DNA of 64,000 nt from Chlorokybus atmophyticus (lineage: Eukaryota; Plantae; Mesostigma and Chlorokybus algae), in contig RHPI01003762.1 in assembly GCA_009103225.1 (NCBI GenBank), positions 1-64,000 on the forward strand. Reading direction: 5' to 3'. How positions within the stretch are numbered: position 1 is the stretch's first letter; each line of letters starts with the position of its first letter. Positions 26,751 to 40,477 of this stretch are shown piece after piece. The position numbers and the translations under genes were made by a program. The notes below the pieces were generated by a model. It did not search any database, was not told the DNA's origin, and saw only the letters and a program-made list of their open reading frames with translations.

Positions 26751-27158
26751 AGTGTATCAGGTGCTTGCAAGCGATAATCATGTGGTATAATGAGTCATGA
26801 TTTATGGTATGTTGCTCAGCCTTTCTTGTCCAGGATCCTGACTCATGCGAGATAAGGTGCCGATCCAGATCGACGACGAAGTTGTCCAACCAACAAACTG
26901 CTTTCCGCCGCGCTTTTTGCCTTAGCCGCTGGAGGCGTCCTTTTGTGCCTTGGCAGCCATTCACTCCATATGCCTTGGGCAAAAATTCGTTAACTTTGCC
27001 TTAGGCTGCGCAGTAAGCTTGTGTGCGCTGAGCTTGCTACTTGGGCTTCAGCAGCAGGCCGCCGCCGTCGTCTTGGGGGGTGTCGCCGTCGTCGTCGTCG
27101 GGGCTGTGGGAGGGGCCTGGCACCTTCAGGGAGGTGCTAGTCGACCAGCTGTATGTAT

Positions 27159-30100
27159 GGAAGGCGGCGGCGGAGCAGGAGGAGCTGTGGAAGAGGAGGG
27201 GGCTGCTGCTAGGAGCCGCACCTACAAGAGGCTGTCTGTTGCACAGAGCAAGCTGGAGGAGCTGGAGGCGGCGCTAGCCAACGGCGGTGGAGGCGGCGAC
27301 AACGTTATCAGCAACGGGGAGACTTTCGACTCCGACCAGGAGGACGACAAGCCGCTCGCTCAGCGCCTCCCCAGCGCCAAAGCAGAAGCACCTGCTGCTG
27401 AGCATGGGAAGCTACAGGTAGCTGACTCCAAGGGTGGCAGCGACAAGGAGCAGGTGAAGGAGGGGGAGGAGGAGGAGAATGCAAAGGAGGAGAAGCACGA
27501 GGAGGAGGATGTGGTTGAGGAGACCCAGCCGGACGAGAATGATGAAAGCAATGGGCAGCAGCAGTCTGCTCCGTCTTCAGCCGCTGAGAACGGTAGTGAT
27601 CAGCTTAAGCATGCACCAAGTAAGTTTAGCAGCAGGCTTGATTGTGGCGCTGTATTTGCAGATTAATTCCTGATTAGGAGCATTGTGACTCATGTCTCTC
27701 TCATGCTGCAATGCAGCAGCAGTGAATTAACTCACCATTGAGTTAGCTCTGTGTTTTAGATATGCTAATTAGGCAGCAGAGTTGCAGCTGCAGCGTCTGT
27801 TTGCTGTCCGTCAGTCCAGGCATTGAATCTCATATCAGCTTCACGCAGTACGACTCGACAGTGCTATGCGTTTCATTGTGCTTGGCAATAGACGAACAGC
27901 GTAGCTGTCCAAGCAATGGTCAACACTAGCAAGCTGCATTACATCGATCAACCAAGCCTGATGCTTGTGCTATGTTATGGTACTTGAGCCGTGTAATACA
28001 TTGTAATTATGATTATTTTACTTGTCGTGCTTGCAGCCAAGTATGATGCTGGGGGTGAGGTGAAGAAGGAGACAAAGGTTGAAGAAACCAAAGTCAAGCT
28101 GCAGCCAGCCCCACACTCCTCAGACTCGGAAGATGATGTGCCTTTGTCAAAGCGACAAGTAAAAGCCGAAGTGAAGAGCAGCAAAGCAGCTCCCAGCAGC
28201 AAAGCTGCCAAGCCTGAGGCGAACGGGAGTGCTCGAAAAGCACCCCCCTACAAGCGAAAGACTATTGTGTCGGAGTCTGAGGAGTCTGAGGATGAGTCCC
28301 ATGAGGCGGATGACGAGTCCGAGGACGATGTGCCTCTCGCAAAGCGTGCCAACACTGCTGCTCCCAAGCCCTCAAAACCTGAGTCTCATGGCTCAATTGC
28401 ACAGAAACGCATTGCAGAGAAGCTGGCTGATAAGAGGAAGCCCGAGAAGCCTCCTGCAAAGAAGGTACAAGCAGTTAGCCTCGCTTTGCACACGCACACG
28501 CATGCATACATTCACGCGGTCACTTGTGCTTGTGTGCTAATCATATGTATCTCCTGAAGGCGAAGCAAGTCGTGAAGCGCTCAAGGGACAAGGAGGAAGA
28601 GAAGCCGCGCAAAAGGAAGAGAAGAAACGAAAGTAGCGACACTGAACCCGTCTCGGGAAAGGGCGAGAAGAAGTGGACCACTCTTGAGCACAATGGCGTG
28701 CTGTTTCCGCCACCCTACACGCCCCATGGCATCAAGATGCTGTACAAAGGCCAGCCTGTGGACTTGGCACCAGAGCAAGAAGAGGTGGGTTGAGTGGTAG
28801 GTTGAGTGGCAATATGAAATTGAGTGGTACAGACGTTCTTATGTGATTGCTTCGTGAGTGTCACCTGTGCTTGTGCTTTGCAGATGGCCACCTTCTTTGC
28901 GGTCATGAAGGATACCGACTACATGAACAAGCCCACATTTATCAAGAACTTCTGGCACGACTTCAAAAAGTTACTTGGTCCCAAGCATGTCATCCAGGAC
29001 TTGAACGACTGCGATTTCACGCCGATATACGATTGGCACCTCAAAGAGAAGGAGCGGAAGAAAAACATGACCACCGAGGTAAGAAAGCTTTTTAACAAGC
29101 TTGTGATGCGGTCGTGTGTTGGGCTGCCTTGACTGGGCTTATGAAATCTGGCAGGAGAAGAAAAGGATCAAAGAGGAAAAGCTCAAAGCTGAAGAGAAGT
29201 ACATGTTTGCTTTGGTGGACGGACATAAAGAAAAGGTGCCGCGCAGTTCTTTTCTGTTCTACTTGCTTGGTTATTATACTGTGCTTCTCTGATTGCTTGC
29301 GTCCACCTCATACTGCACAGACTGCCTGACAAATGTTGTGACCACGCTCTACATCACTCTAACTACGCTGTACGTTGCAGCTTGGCAACTTTAGAGTAGA
29401 ACCACCAGGGTTGTTCCGAGGCCGTGGAGAGCACCCTAAGGTTTGACATGCATCACTGTGTGTGCGCGCATGTGGGGAACCTGCATGGGCTTGCGTATGC
29501 TTGTGCGTGCGTGCACACACAGGCGCATTTGTGCGTGTGCGAGTACATGCGCCTGCATAGTGCTTCACTTAGACTGATGGTAGTCGCACATCATTGTCGA
29601 TTCATAGTAGTCAATGAGACCTTATTCATCCAACACATGCACTTCACGTATGCAGATGGGCAAGTATAAGCGACGAGTGTATCCAGAGGAGATTACGTTG
29701 AACATGGGTCCAGGTGCTCCGGTGCCGCCTTGTCCAATGGAAGGCCACAAGTGCGTACAACTGCATTGCATAGCTGTGACTGTTCAGTGTTGCTAACGTG
29801 CATCTCACCGAAACAGCTGGAAGAGTGTGCGACACGACAACACGGTCACCTGGCTGGCCTACTGGAAAGATCCCGTCAATCCCAAGGAAGTGAAGTATGT
29901 TTGGTTGGCAGCGAGCAGTGCTCTCAAAGGCCAAAGTGACAAGGACAAGTATGAGAAGGCGCGGAAATTGAAGGTAAAGCCTCTTCTTAGTGTTCAGCAA
30001 CGCTGTATGCGGGTATGTTATGTGTCATCAACTGGCCTCGTAACAAACGGACTTGTTGGTTACAGGACTACATTCATGATATTCGGAGGACGTACGAGAA

Positions 30101-31298
30101 GAACTTTGGCAGCAAGGATGCCACACAGCGGCAGATTGCTGTTGCAACCTACTTGATAGATAAGCTGGCACTTCGTGCTGGCAATGAGAAGGTAGGTTTG
30201 AACGTGTGACTTCGCACTTTGGACCAACGCAATGGAGGACTTCATGTGATATATGGCTGTTCAGGATGATGATGAGGCCGACACAGTGGGCTGTTGCTCA
30301 TTGAGAGTAGAGAATGTCAAGCTAGTACCCCCAAGCTCGATCGAGGTGGGTTGCTGCTTCAGCTTTATCGTTGCACGCAGGATTGGTTGCTGTTTTGTGC
30401 AAGTGTGGTCACCCCTTGTACTTGCAGCTGGACTTCCTTGGTAAAGACTCAATGCGGTACTTCAACACGGTTGTTGTGGATGATCGAGTGTACAAAGCCA
30501 TCGGTGACTTCATCAAAGGTATTGCAGTCTGTGAAGTATGCGATGCTTGGCTTCGTGTTCACATTGCCTCATATATGTTGGTTGCAGGGAAGAAGAAAGA
30601 CGAGGACTTGTTTGACAAACTGGACACCACAAGGCTGAACCTGCATCTCAAAGGCATCATGCCAGGGCTGACAGCAAAAGTGTTTCGCACGTACAACGCG
30701 TCCATCACGCTAGACGAGCAGCTTCTCACCACAGATGCGCCGACACTAAACGAGAAGGTTGCTGCGTATCAGCGAGCTAATAAGGAGGTGGCCATACTCT
30801 GCAACCATCAGCGGTCTGCCCCAAAAGCACACGGAGCACAGATGGAGAAACTCCAAGACAAGCTCAAGGAACTGAACGAGCTGCGCAAGGAGCTTGAGAC
30901 CGAGCTGAAAGCCGCAAGGAAGGGCAACGCCAAGGGCAAGGCGAACCCGGACAGCTTGAACACTAAGATTAAGAAGCTGGACGAGAGGATACAGAAGATG
31001 TCGGTCGACATGCGCGTCAAGGAGGAGATGAAGACCGTCGCGCTCGGTACTTCAAAGATCAACTACATGGACCCACGCATCACAGTTGCATGGTGCAAAC
31101 GGCACGAAGTTCCAATTGAGAAGGTGAAACTTGATTTCATGCAGGCTGATAGGGTCTTGGTACAAGGGTTTTCCCCAAGCCAATTGGCTCTTTGGCATCT
31201 GAGCTTACAGGTTACTCTGGTGATTGCAGGTTTTTAACAAGAGCTTGTTGGCCAAGTTCACCTGGGCCATGGATGTTGAACCGGAGTATCGATTCTAG
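27159..31298 (+). CDS. TOP1: DNA topoisomerase I (type IB), multi-exon; start codon uncertain
   Basis: [91 protein letters not shown], catalytic [12 protein letters not shown]-terminus [14 protein letters not shown]. Confidence 0.97.
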
Positions 31299-33903
31299 AG
31301 AGCTTGTGGATGGACCAACCGTGTACAGCCTTACCACTATTTTTGCATTGTACAACAGCCAGCAGCGAGAGACAGACAGACAGAGAACATTCTTGCCATT
31401 CGCAGCAGTCATTGGCAGAGTGTGCACGCTCGCTCGCCAAACAGACGAATGGTGTGACGCGGTTCGGCTCAACACCAAGCCAGCCGCGCCAATTGGTCAG
31501 TTATAGGATATACTTAGAGCACACTGGTTTTCCTTTAGTTTGAGGTTGGGCAGCTTGTATAGACTACTTTGGCAATGCATGCCACTGGTTGTGGCCCTGC
31601 TATGATCGCCTTGGCAGTGGTTCTCCTGGTGCAACGCCTCTGCAATGCACCCTCTAGAGTTGCATGGAGTTACAGGCTGAATTTCACATTTGTGATGGTC
31701 GGTACTCAGGTGCATTGCACGCAAGCGTCCAGTGTGCAGTAGAGTTCATTGCCACAACGCACTACACTAATACAGGTTTGGTGAATCAAAGCGTAGAAGG
31801 CACAATGTCAATTCGTTTGGTCCCATGTGTTAGCTAGCAACAGCATATGAGGTGCATGAGCGGCAGTATTATGTCGCCTCTGTTGGGACTTTGCTATGCT
31901 GCCCACGGGTGCGACGCTATTTTCCTTGCCGTGCTCGTTGACTTGCGGTGCTGCTGAGGGGGCCAGCACAGTGCCTTTGCTATTGTGTTGCTGAGATTTG
32001 CTAGCTTGGCTAACCCTCACTTGGCCTCCTACGCCCTTAGCACTGCTCTACTCCCACCCTACCAATCCCATCGTTGTGTCGGACTTGTTGTTTTTGTAGT
32101 TTTGCCACTGTATTTGCGAATGTGCCTCTTATCAGCAACGGCATACAATTGATTCCTTTACAAAATGCGATGAAATCCACCTCGCAATTTTATTTGACCA
32201 TTGTAATGTACGGCGTTAATGCGGAAGCCATTGTAAGCAAATTGCCGTGCGGGTATGTAAGTTGTATGAAAAGTTGCTTGGCGAGCATGGCATTGCAACC
32301 ATTATGCCCCGGGCCTTTCCAATCACTGAGCATGCAGGCCAAGCGCCATATGTGCCATGCAAGTGCAAGCCATCGAGTGTAGCCATAGGCAAGAAGTAGA
32401 AATACTCATATGTCGGCATCCAATACAAAGACCCCCATGCACACTAACTATCATACTAGTACTGTGTCCACCATTGCTTCTAGTACAAGCCCCCCCCCTC
32501 CCCCCGCCCCCTTTTTGTAAATACGAAGCCCCATGCCAAGAAAGGGTGAATGGTTTTGTAAAGCTCTATAAGCGCCCATACCGATAACAAGCCCCCGTCA
32601 AACTTATTTTATGGAGACATGTGCCCCGCGAATGATACGAGTATTGTCATACGTGCTTAAATACACAGCGTGAGGCCCGGGGGCCCATGCCACATATAAG
32701 CCCTTTGTGTCCCCCATGTTATAGACGTTAAAAATGTTAAGTTAAAACAGGAGATTCCGTTCAAGCAATATGGTAATTCAAGGGCCTAGCGCTGCATTGT
32801 TGATGCCTTTGCCGTTGCCTGGTACTGCCTGCACCTACTACTCACTTGGCCACCATTCACTTAACCAAAACTACCCGGCACAGCTAATGATAGTGTGCAT
32901 GGGTGTGCTTTGCATCGCATAAGCACAGTGTCACAATTATTTATGCCAAATATATAGGGCGTATGTAGTAACTACTCTTGAACGATAATATAATAAAAGT
33001 ATGCCTTTTTAATGCCTTTCAGCTGTTATATCCATCAAATGCTCAACAGTGCTTAAATTTTACAATTGTTGATAACCACTAACCAAAGCACTTTTACATA
33101 TGTACAGTGTGAAAGTTGCAGCGTCTAGCTACTCAACAATCATGCAAGCACAATAGCAAGCAAGCACCGTTACATGTGTACAACACACCCTCACGCATCT
33201 ATCCGAGGGGTATAGCTTGACATGTTTCCACCGTATCTATACTCCAGGACTTAATGTGCATGCTGCCGTCGGCAGTGAGAGGAGTCTGGTAGACACAGGG
33301 TGGTGGGCTCGTGTAAAGAGACAAATTGCAGAGGTGTTACATAATCGCGTATACAAAATGCACATGTCCATCTGTGATTGTTAGCAATCCTATTGTCCAA
33401 CTTGGTGACCAACACCACTTTTGTGAAGGAGGCCTCTCGCTACACGCAGGGCGAGAGTATGCGCGGGACCGAGGCACGCACCGCAGGCCGACTCAGCCGA
33501 TGGACACGTGACAGAGCGGGTGTCGCGCACTGCGGTAGCCGCGAAGAAACCAGCGCCCGGGAATCCTGTCAGACGACGACGGCCTATGCTCGGACGTGTC
33601 TCCTTATGCGGTAAACCAAGTAGACGTCGATATCAGAGCCAGCATGGGAAGACTAACAAATATCTGCAATACCAGTCGAGCAAAGCAGCGGCAATGGGTT
33701 AAGCTGTACCGTTCGAGACGCGGCAGTAACCGCGGTGTTTGACCTCGGTTTTAGCTCTAAATTCGGCATTTTGGCAGACGGCGGCGACAGGGGCCTGCGT
33801 AGCGAGGTTGCCGGCGGGGTTGTTGGGAGCAGCGGTGCGCCTCGGGCCTGCTAAAGCTGTCTGTGAAAAGGCAGTTGCTACCAGCAGCTGGATTCTTTCA
33901 GCC

Positions 33904-36001
33904 ATGTCGGGGGCTGTGGAGGTCCTCACTGCACAGCACACGCCCCTGCCCAGCCCTGTGGGGCCTCCTGCTGCGGAAAATTGCTTCGGCACAGCTTTCA
34001 GGTGTGGCCTTTCACGTAACTCAGCGTGGTTCAGCTAATCTTGCAGCTTTCTGCAAGGTCTTGGTCGCTGTTGGTCATTGCGTGCAAGTGGTACGGTTGC
34101 TAGGTGTAGCAGGTGCTGCAGGTGCTAGCGGCGCATTGAGCACTGCAGCACCTGCTCGGGGTGACCTTGTCAGTAGTGCCGGCAATGGCAATACTGTTCA
34201 AAGTGCTGTCATGTAAAGATATGGACTATTATGCATGTGCTGTGGTGAACTGATAGTGCTGTACACGAGCTGCAAGCTGTGCAGCAGCTGTCATGCTTGA
34301 GGTGTGAGTAGGGGCTGCATTCCCATCCAACGCCTGAAACATTATTGAGTAGCTCGTTGGTCATAGCCGTTGTAATCACCATGCCGGTCTCTCAAGAACA
34401 GCAGTGTTATATGCTAAACAAAAATAGGAGGCTGCTTCCTTGGTCTTGTTTCACAATGACAGTACAAAGTAGTGCAATGCTTCAAAGTTACGTGAGACGA
34501 TGATGTGATGATATGAGCCAACTTCAAGTGGTGATATGAGTGAGTTGGAGCCGTTACAATGACTCAGAGCAATGAAATGATGTTTCCAGCTGGCCAATGC
34601 TTAGGAGGTGTTGCGCAATGCAGGGACTACACTGGTGCAAGTGGAGAGGTGCGCGACGGTGTTGCCGAGAACTACCGCCTCAATCACACCATGCAAACCG
34701 TAGAGTTTGTAAGTGCCAAAAGATCTAAACTGTTCTACATATTATGCTCACCTTGACTGGCAACTGAACATCTTGCGTGCAACTTCTGGCTCAGGTTCGG
34801 TCCATGCATGCAAAGCACTGCGCTTTGAACGAGCGCGTGATGTCCATTTGGGAGGCGGCAGAAATGCTCAACGATGTCGTTGACGACAGCGATCCAGACT
34901 TGGACATGCCTCAGATTGAGCACCTGCTGCAAACTGCTGAAGCCATCAGGGAAGCATACCCTGATGAAGATTGGTTCCACCTGGTGGGGTTTATACACGG
35001 TAAGCTGCGGCTGCATACAAGATCTCAAATAAAGTACCGCTGATTTCAACAACTGTCATATTTGCTAATGCTGTTATGACTTCAGACTTGGGCAAAGTCT
35101 TGGCACATCCTGCCTTCGGGTCAGAGCCACAATATGCCGTGGTTGGTGAGTAATGCGGTGTATCCTGCCAACTCAGTGTTAACTGCTTGATTAAGATCAA
35201 GAACACACGCAAGCTCGTGCCAACTGTAATTCGGCATTGTTTCAGGTGACACGTTTCCCGTTGGCTGCCGGCACGACGCGTGCATAGTATACCACAAGTA
35301 CTTTGAGCAGAACCCTGACTCGCACATGCCCGCATACAACACTGAGTGCGGAATTTACTATCCTGGCTGCGGCCTGGACAATGTGTTGATGTCATGGGGC
35401 CATGACGAATACATGCACCAGGTATAATTGCAACATGCATTGCATGTGTCATGACAACACTGTGCGATTGTCATGACAAGTGCACCTGACTAAGAGACAC
35501 ATGCAGGTGATGGTCCGGAATGGCTGTACTTTGCCCACTGCTGCTGGCTTTGTTGTGCGCTATCATTCTTTCTACCGTAAGTAGCAGCTTATCCATGCAC
35601 GCTGTGTCCAACACCTACGTGCTCGTAGCCGTAGATACTGACATGATCATCTACCCAACAGCTCTGCACACCTACGGAGCATACGACCACCTGCTAAATG
35701 ATGAGGACAGGGAGAATGTGCTGTGGCTTAAGCGCTTCCAGAAGTTTGATTTGTACAGTAAGCGTAAGGAGCGCATGGATGTGCAAGCACTGAAGCCCTA
35801 CTACCAGGGCCTTATTGAAAAGGTACGCACGCGCCAAGTGTGGCAGCAGGCCATACACAACGGTTGAGGTCCACAGTATAAAGTTCAGGCACATACAGCA
35901 ACGCCACTGTCACAACCGTGTTGCATGATACCCTCTGCTGAACTGTTTGGCTGATGTTGATTGTCCCTCTACAGTATTTCCCGGCGCAGCTCCGGTGGTG
36001 A
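33904..36001 (+). CDS. MIOX: myo-inositol oxygenase
   Basis: YRLNHTMQTVEF, VVDDSDPDLDMPQIEHLLQTAEAIR, WFHLVGFIHDLGKV, QYAVVGDTFPVGC, MSWGHDEYM, IRYHSFY, FQKFDLYSK, YYQGLIEK-YFPAQLRW. Confidence 0.97.
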
Positions 36002-38090
36002 GAAGAAACAGAGTGTTATTACTCAGCGCGCAGATGTTTGACACACGGTCCGCATTGGACGTGTAGTACAGCCGCTTTTGGCTTGTCATTTGTAGGGATA
36101 CACTGAAGCGCCGTTGTCACTATTTTTGTGGAAGCGCTGCTGCTTGCAGTGTAGTGTAATTGTGCTTGGTCAGCAGCAATTGCTCTAGCTTTTTGTATCG
36201 TTAGTTGAAACTCTGCGTTGTCTGTTAAAGCCTGTAGTCATGTATTTAGCCTACAGTAAGCGGGCATGTGTGTGCCAGCGCATGTAGTGAAGCTCATTGG
36301 CCGACAAGTCATCTGTTTGCCTATGTTGAGTTGTCGGATGACTGTGGCTTGTTACCTGCTGATGTCTGCTGATGTCTGCACAACGCCAACCTTCATGGCT
36401 GCCGGTAATGCGGCGCTCACATGCGTGACTAATTCATGCAGTAGGCACATCTGGCCCCAAGGGGTTAGTCTTTCTCATTACTTATTCAGCGATAGTGTGT
36501 TCATGCTACGTAGTGGGGTTAGCGCACTAATATACGACAGTACGTTGATCTAGCTATACAAATTTCAGGACTAGTCCAGCTGCTGTGCAGGGAGTACAGG
36601 GGTCCTGCGCCTTGGGGTCATGCGCCAGTAGGTAAGTTAGCATTCGTTGCTGGCACAAGCCGGTTTATGCTAGTTTCGGGGCTTTTTGGGTTTAGCCCCG
36701 AAAGGCAGGTGCCCGTACTGGCACGATGTGATTGCTGTGCGTTATGACTGTTGCCTTGCCATGTGCTAATTCATCGCTGCGAAGTGGCGGCCAGTTGGAT
36801 AAGGTAATGGCCTACTAACAGCCTAATTACTGTCACTTTTGCACTTGACAATGCGTGTGCAGTTTGACCTAACAATAGGGTTCTAGCAAGCAGGTAAGAC
36901 CAAAGTAGCGACACCATGATGGCGGCGGCATAACCAGCCGCGAGCGCAAGAAGCGGGCGGGGGCAACGCTATCGGTCCAGACGTCCGTTCGTTCGTCAGT
37001 TCGTCCTGTGCATGCCGCTGCTGCTGAAGCCGGGGTCTCACCACTTGGCTCTCTCCCTGCGCTCTGCTGATTGCTACCCTCTGCTTGCTTTGCCCTTGCC
37101 TGCACCCCCCACTAATTCTCGAGAGTTTAGATTAGTTATTGTGTCTGGCCTAGTGTTTGTTTTTTAAAGCTGTACGTACCTTGGCCCCGGCGTAATCAAC
37201 CCGCTTGCTCACGTATGTGAATGCGTGTGCCATGTGTTTGCACACCTCTGTTCTCGGAGTGTGCTTCGCGCAACTCGATAGTCCGACATATGTGTAGCAT
37301 TTGTCACGCCTACAGAGCAAGGTGTATCACTCTTAAGTACTTACTTATGGTAGTAAGTCAGGCTGTGTGATGATTTCGCTTCGCAAGCATGTGTAGTGCT
37401 TGCGGAGCGTGTTCATGCACACAACCTACCCTTGAGCCATGGGGCCTTGGGTATGATGAACTACACAAGGCATGAGTGGGCTCGCACAAAGCTGCTCAAT
37501 GCCGATGTGACATGGTCACATCGACGTGACATGGTCACGCATGCTTGGGGCTGCCATGGAGCAGGTCCCAAGGTGTAAGGATGGATGGACATCCTTAAGT
37601 TTGGTCAACGTTGACCAGTTAACGCAGCGGTGACGAGGCAAGATAGCCTCCGCCACCGATGTGCTAGGTCGGAGGGCAGCAGGGGAGAGTATAGAAAGCG
37701 GGCTCAACGTGTGTTGAGGCATCAGACCTTGGGGGACTCTACTCCTGTGTGTGGGGTGCCTAGCCTGGTCAATTGAGGGGCCCTTGTGGGGTGTGGTTGT
37801 GTACAGCACTTTGGTAAGTACTACTGTTCAGTCTTGAAGTCTGCTGCTCAGACGAGCAGGTAAGAGAGTGTCAGGCGTCACAGCATTAAAGAGTCATATG
37901 TTTAATGTATCAATGTAATGATGTGCATAAAAAGACATCATACACAAGTTAATGCAATTTTCTGCTCATAAAGAGCTACTCCCATGCAGAGCCGCTCCCA
38001 TAGCGTTTGTATTATCAACATATGCACTTGTTGTGAAATGTGTCGAGCAACATAAGTCTGTACTTACTGACACAGTATTTTGAGCCACGA

Positions 38091-38874
38091 CACAGCGACG
38101 ATTAAGACGCCAGGTGACGGCGCATGTATGCATGCTTGCATGGCTGACGGGGTGTTAGCAATAGTACGTAGTGAATTAGGTAGAGTAGCCCGGTGGTGAA
38201 CCATGTGGTAGTGTGAAATGTTGGTGGTATGATTGTGGGATAATGGTGTGATTGTTACTATGCACGAGCATAATTCTCGCGCATTGTATGTACATGTTAC
38301 GCCCTGGTGGGCCTGCGGACCGTCCCATGCCAGTGGCAAGTCGGGTTAGCCCCCCCCGCTCGTTGAGGGGCGCGCCCGACTACCCTATGTCACGGCATAT
38401 GTTGCTTGGTTAAGTGTGATGGAGTTGGGGTGTTGCTAGTAGAATGGCGTGGTTTGGTGCTTGACCGGGGGCACCCTGCATGTGTAGGGTGCATAGCGTA
38501 GTTAGGCAGCACCCCGTGGGCCATGCAGGTAGCTCGGCTATAAGCAGCGCCGGCGTAGAGACCAGCAAGCGACACTACTCCGACAATGGCACAAGACCGA
38601 ACGATGGACGTGGTCAAGTACACGAGGAGCAGTTCCACTAGCCCGTATGATCAGGATTGGCGTACACAGCGACAACCGAGACGCCAAATGACGGCGCATG
38701 TATGCATGCTTGCATGGCTAACCGGGGTGTTAGCAATAGTTGATGGATTACGTAGAGTAGCCCGGTGGTCAACTATGTGGCGGGGTGAATCGTTGGTGGT
38801 ATGATTGCGAGATGATGGTGTGATTGTCACTATGCATGAGCATACCCCTTGCGCATTGTATGTAAATTGTGACG
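38091..38874. repeat. ~210-bp diverged direct repeat, period ~574 bp (38091-38300 and 38665-38874)
   Basis: Both copies contain TGACGGCGCATGTATGCATGCTTGCATGGCT...GGGGTGTTAGCAATAGT...GTAGAGTAGCCCGGTGGT...GCGCATTGTATGTA. Confidence 0.88.
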
Positions 38875-39956
38875 ATGGATCCATTGTCACAATGTTCGAA
38901 CGACTTAAAAAGTAGGCATCAGTGATTGTGAAGGCGCCTTATTGGAGAGCCTCTGTTGAAGGCTCATTGAAGGACTACACAGCTATACATATATAGGTAA
39001 TGTACCCACCTAATGTACCAAGTTGGCAGTGCCGACCAGGCTGGCCCAGCTGCCACTGTTAAGTCAAGCGCCGTACTAATAATCTGCGCGATTTGATTGG
39101 TTGTCACAGTGACATGGTGTCATTGAACCAAACAGAGCTCGAGGCCGCGGCTTTTTACTGTCAACTTGACAGTAGTTGTTCCACTGTAGAATCTTTGGAT
39201 ATCAGCCTGGCACTGTCAGGCAATCGCATCCCCCGGCCACATCTGTCACAGTCATTATTGCTGACCGCTGTAGGCCAATAAAAGTCCTAAAAGTTCCATT
39301 GGAACTTCCCACATGGTGTAACACCATTGATGTTCTACTTTGAATATTTTTAGATCTTATAAAACTACAGTGTCATGTTACATGACACTCATGTGTTGCG
39401 TTCCAAATTTGTATCCCAATACCTAGCAAGTCATTATTACTAGCCGCGGGTGTAAGGCTGACAGTGGCACCCGCGGCTAGGAGTTGTTTACTGGCGCTAC
39501 GGTATTTTGCGCAGCAGCCGTCACTTGCAACAACAGTATGTGAGTGCCTAACTAGCGGACTAACCGAGTTAATGGCCCCACACTGTAGATATCTGACCTA
39601 CTGCCTATGTAGGTCCCTCAAAGCCTCTATATCAAGCCGCGCCCCACTGAAAGCGTTGGAGACTTACCCCCCTAGGGCTAGGCATCGGGTCTTACCCCCT
39701 AGCACACCAGTTAACGGGGAAGAATATAGACCTTTTTCCTTATTTGCTCCTTCATTTATTAGAATGCATTTACTTTCATAGCCACGTTTCCTGGTTATCT
39801 TCATTTATTTCATGCATTGGACAGCCATTTAGCCTTTTAAGATTAGTGATAGGCATAGTATAAAAGGCAGTCTCATTTCCATTTCATTTCGTGCTTCGAG
39901 CAGTTGCTCAAGTTGCACCCCTGCTAGGGTGTGTTGCTCTAACTTAACGGACGTTC

Positions 39957-40477
39957 GCCTAACTTCGGACACACTGAGTGCTGGCCGGTTGTAATGCCTA
40001 CTGGCGGCCAAAACGGGCAAGTAATAGCTTGTTTTGTAGCTATTGACGAGACACCACTAACTACAAAGTTTCAATTCGATTGCTAAAGTATCAACGCCGC
40101 AAAAGTAGTTAAGAGTGCAATTTCAACGTTACTTGCAAGCTTTGAACCCCCAATGATAGCGTGAGAAAAGGCGGTTTGCGGTGATTTTTAGCTGTATGTG
40201 ACCGCCTTGTTGTCCATAATCGGTCCTCAAAAGGGCTGGCTAAATGTGGAACCTGGCTTTAACCGACTTAGCCACAGTAGCAAAATCGCTACTATGAGAG
40301 GCTGTGTAATGGCTGTGTAACTTATAAACGGCTAAATATGCTCTCTAGCATACTCAGTTATTAACAAGCACCACATTAAATGGTCATCCATTGCAAAAGT
40401 TACGGCGGAAATAGGTCTATAACCCTGCTACCGCCTGTAACAAGTCACGGTCAGTCTGCCCTTGTCCGAAGTTAGGC
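39957..40477. mobile_element. Putative non-autonomous DNA transposon (MITE-like) segment bounded by a 15-bp perfect inverted repeat
   Basis: GCCTAACTTCGGACA (39957-39971) and TGTCCGAAGTTAGGC (40463-40477). A further GTCCGAAGT copy lies near 40645. No clear target-site duplication seen. Confidence 0.35.

Noticed and set aside
21877-27051. Apparent set of 39-nt mini-introns (21877, 21995, 22617, 27013)
   Set aside because: The first does not restore the frame. Confident introns in this window are 60 nt or longer. Nearest-AG picking can yield this by chance.
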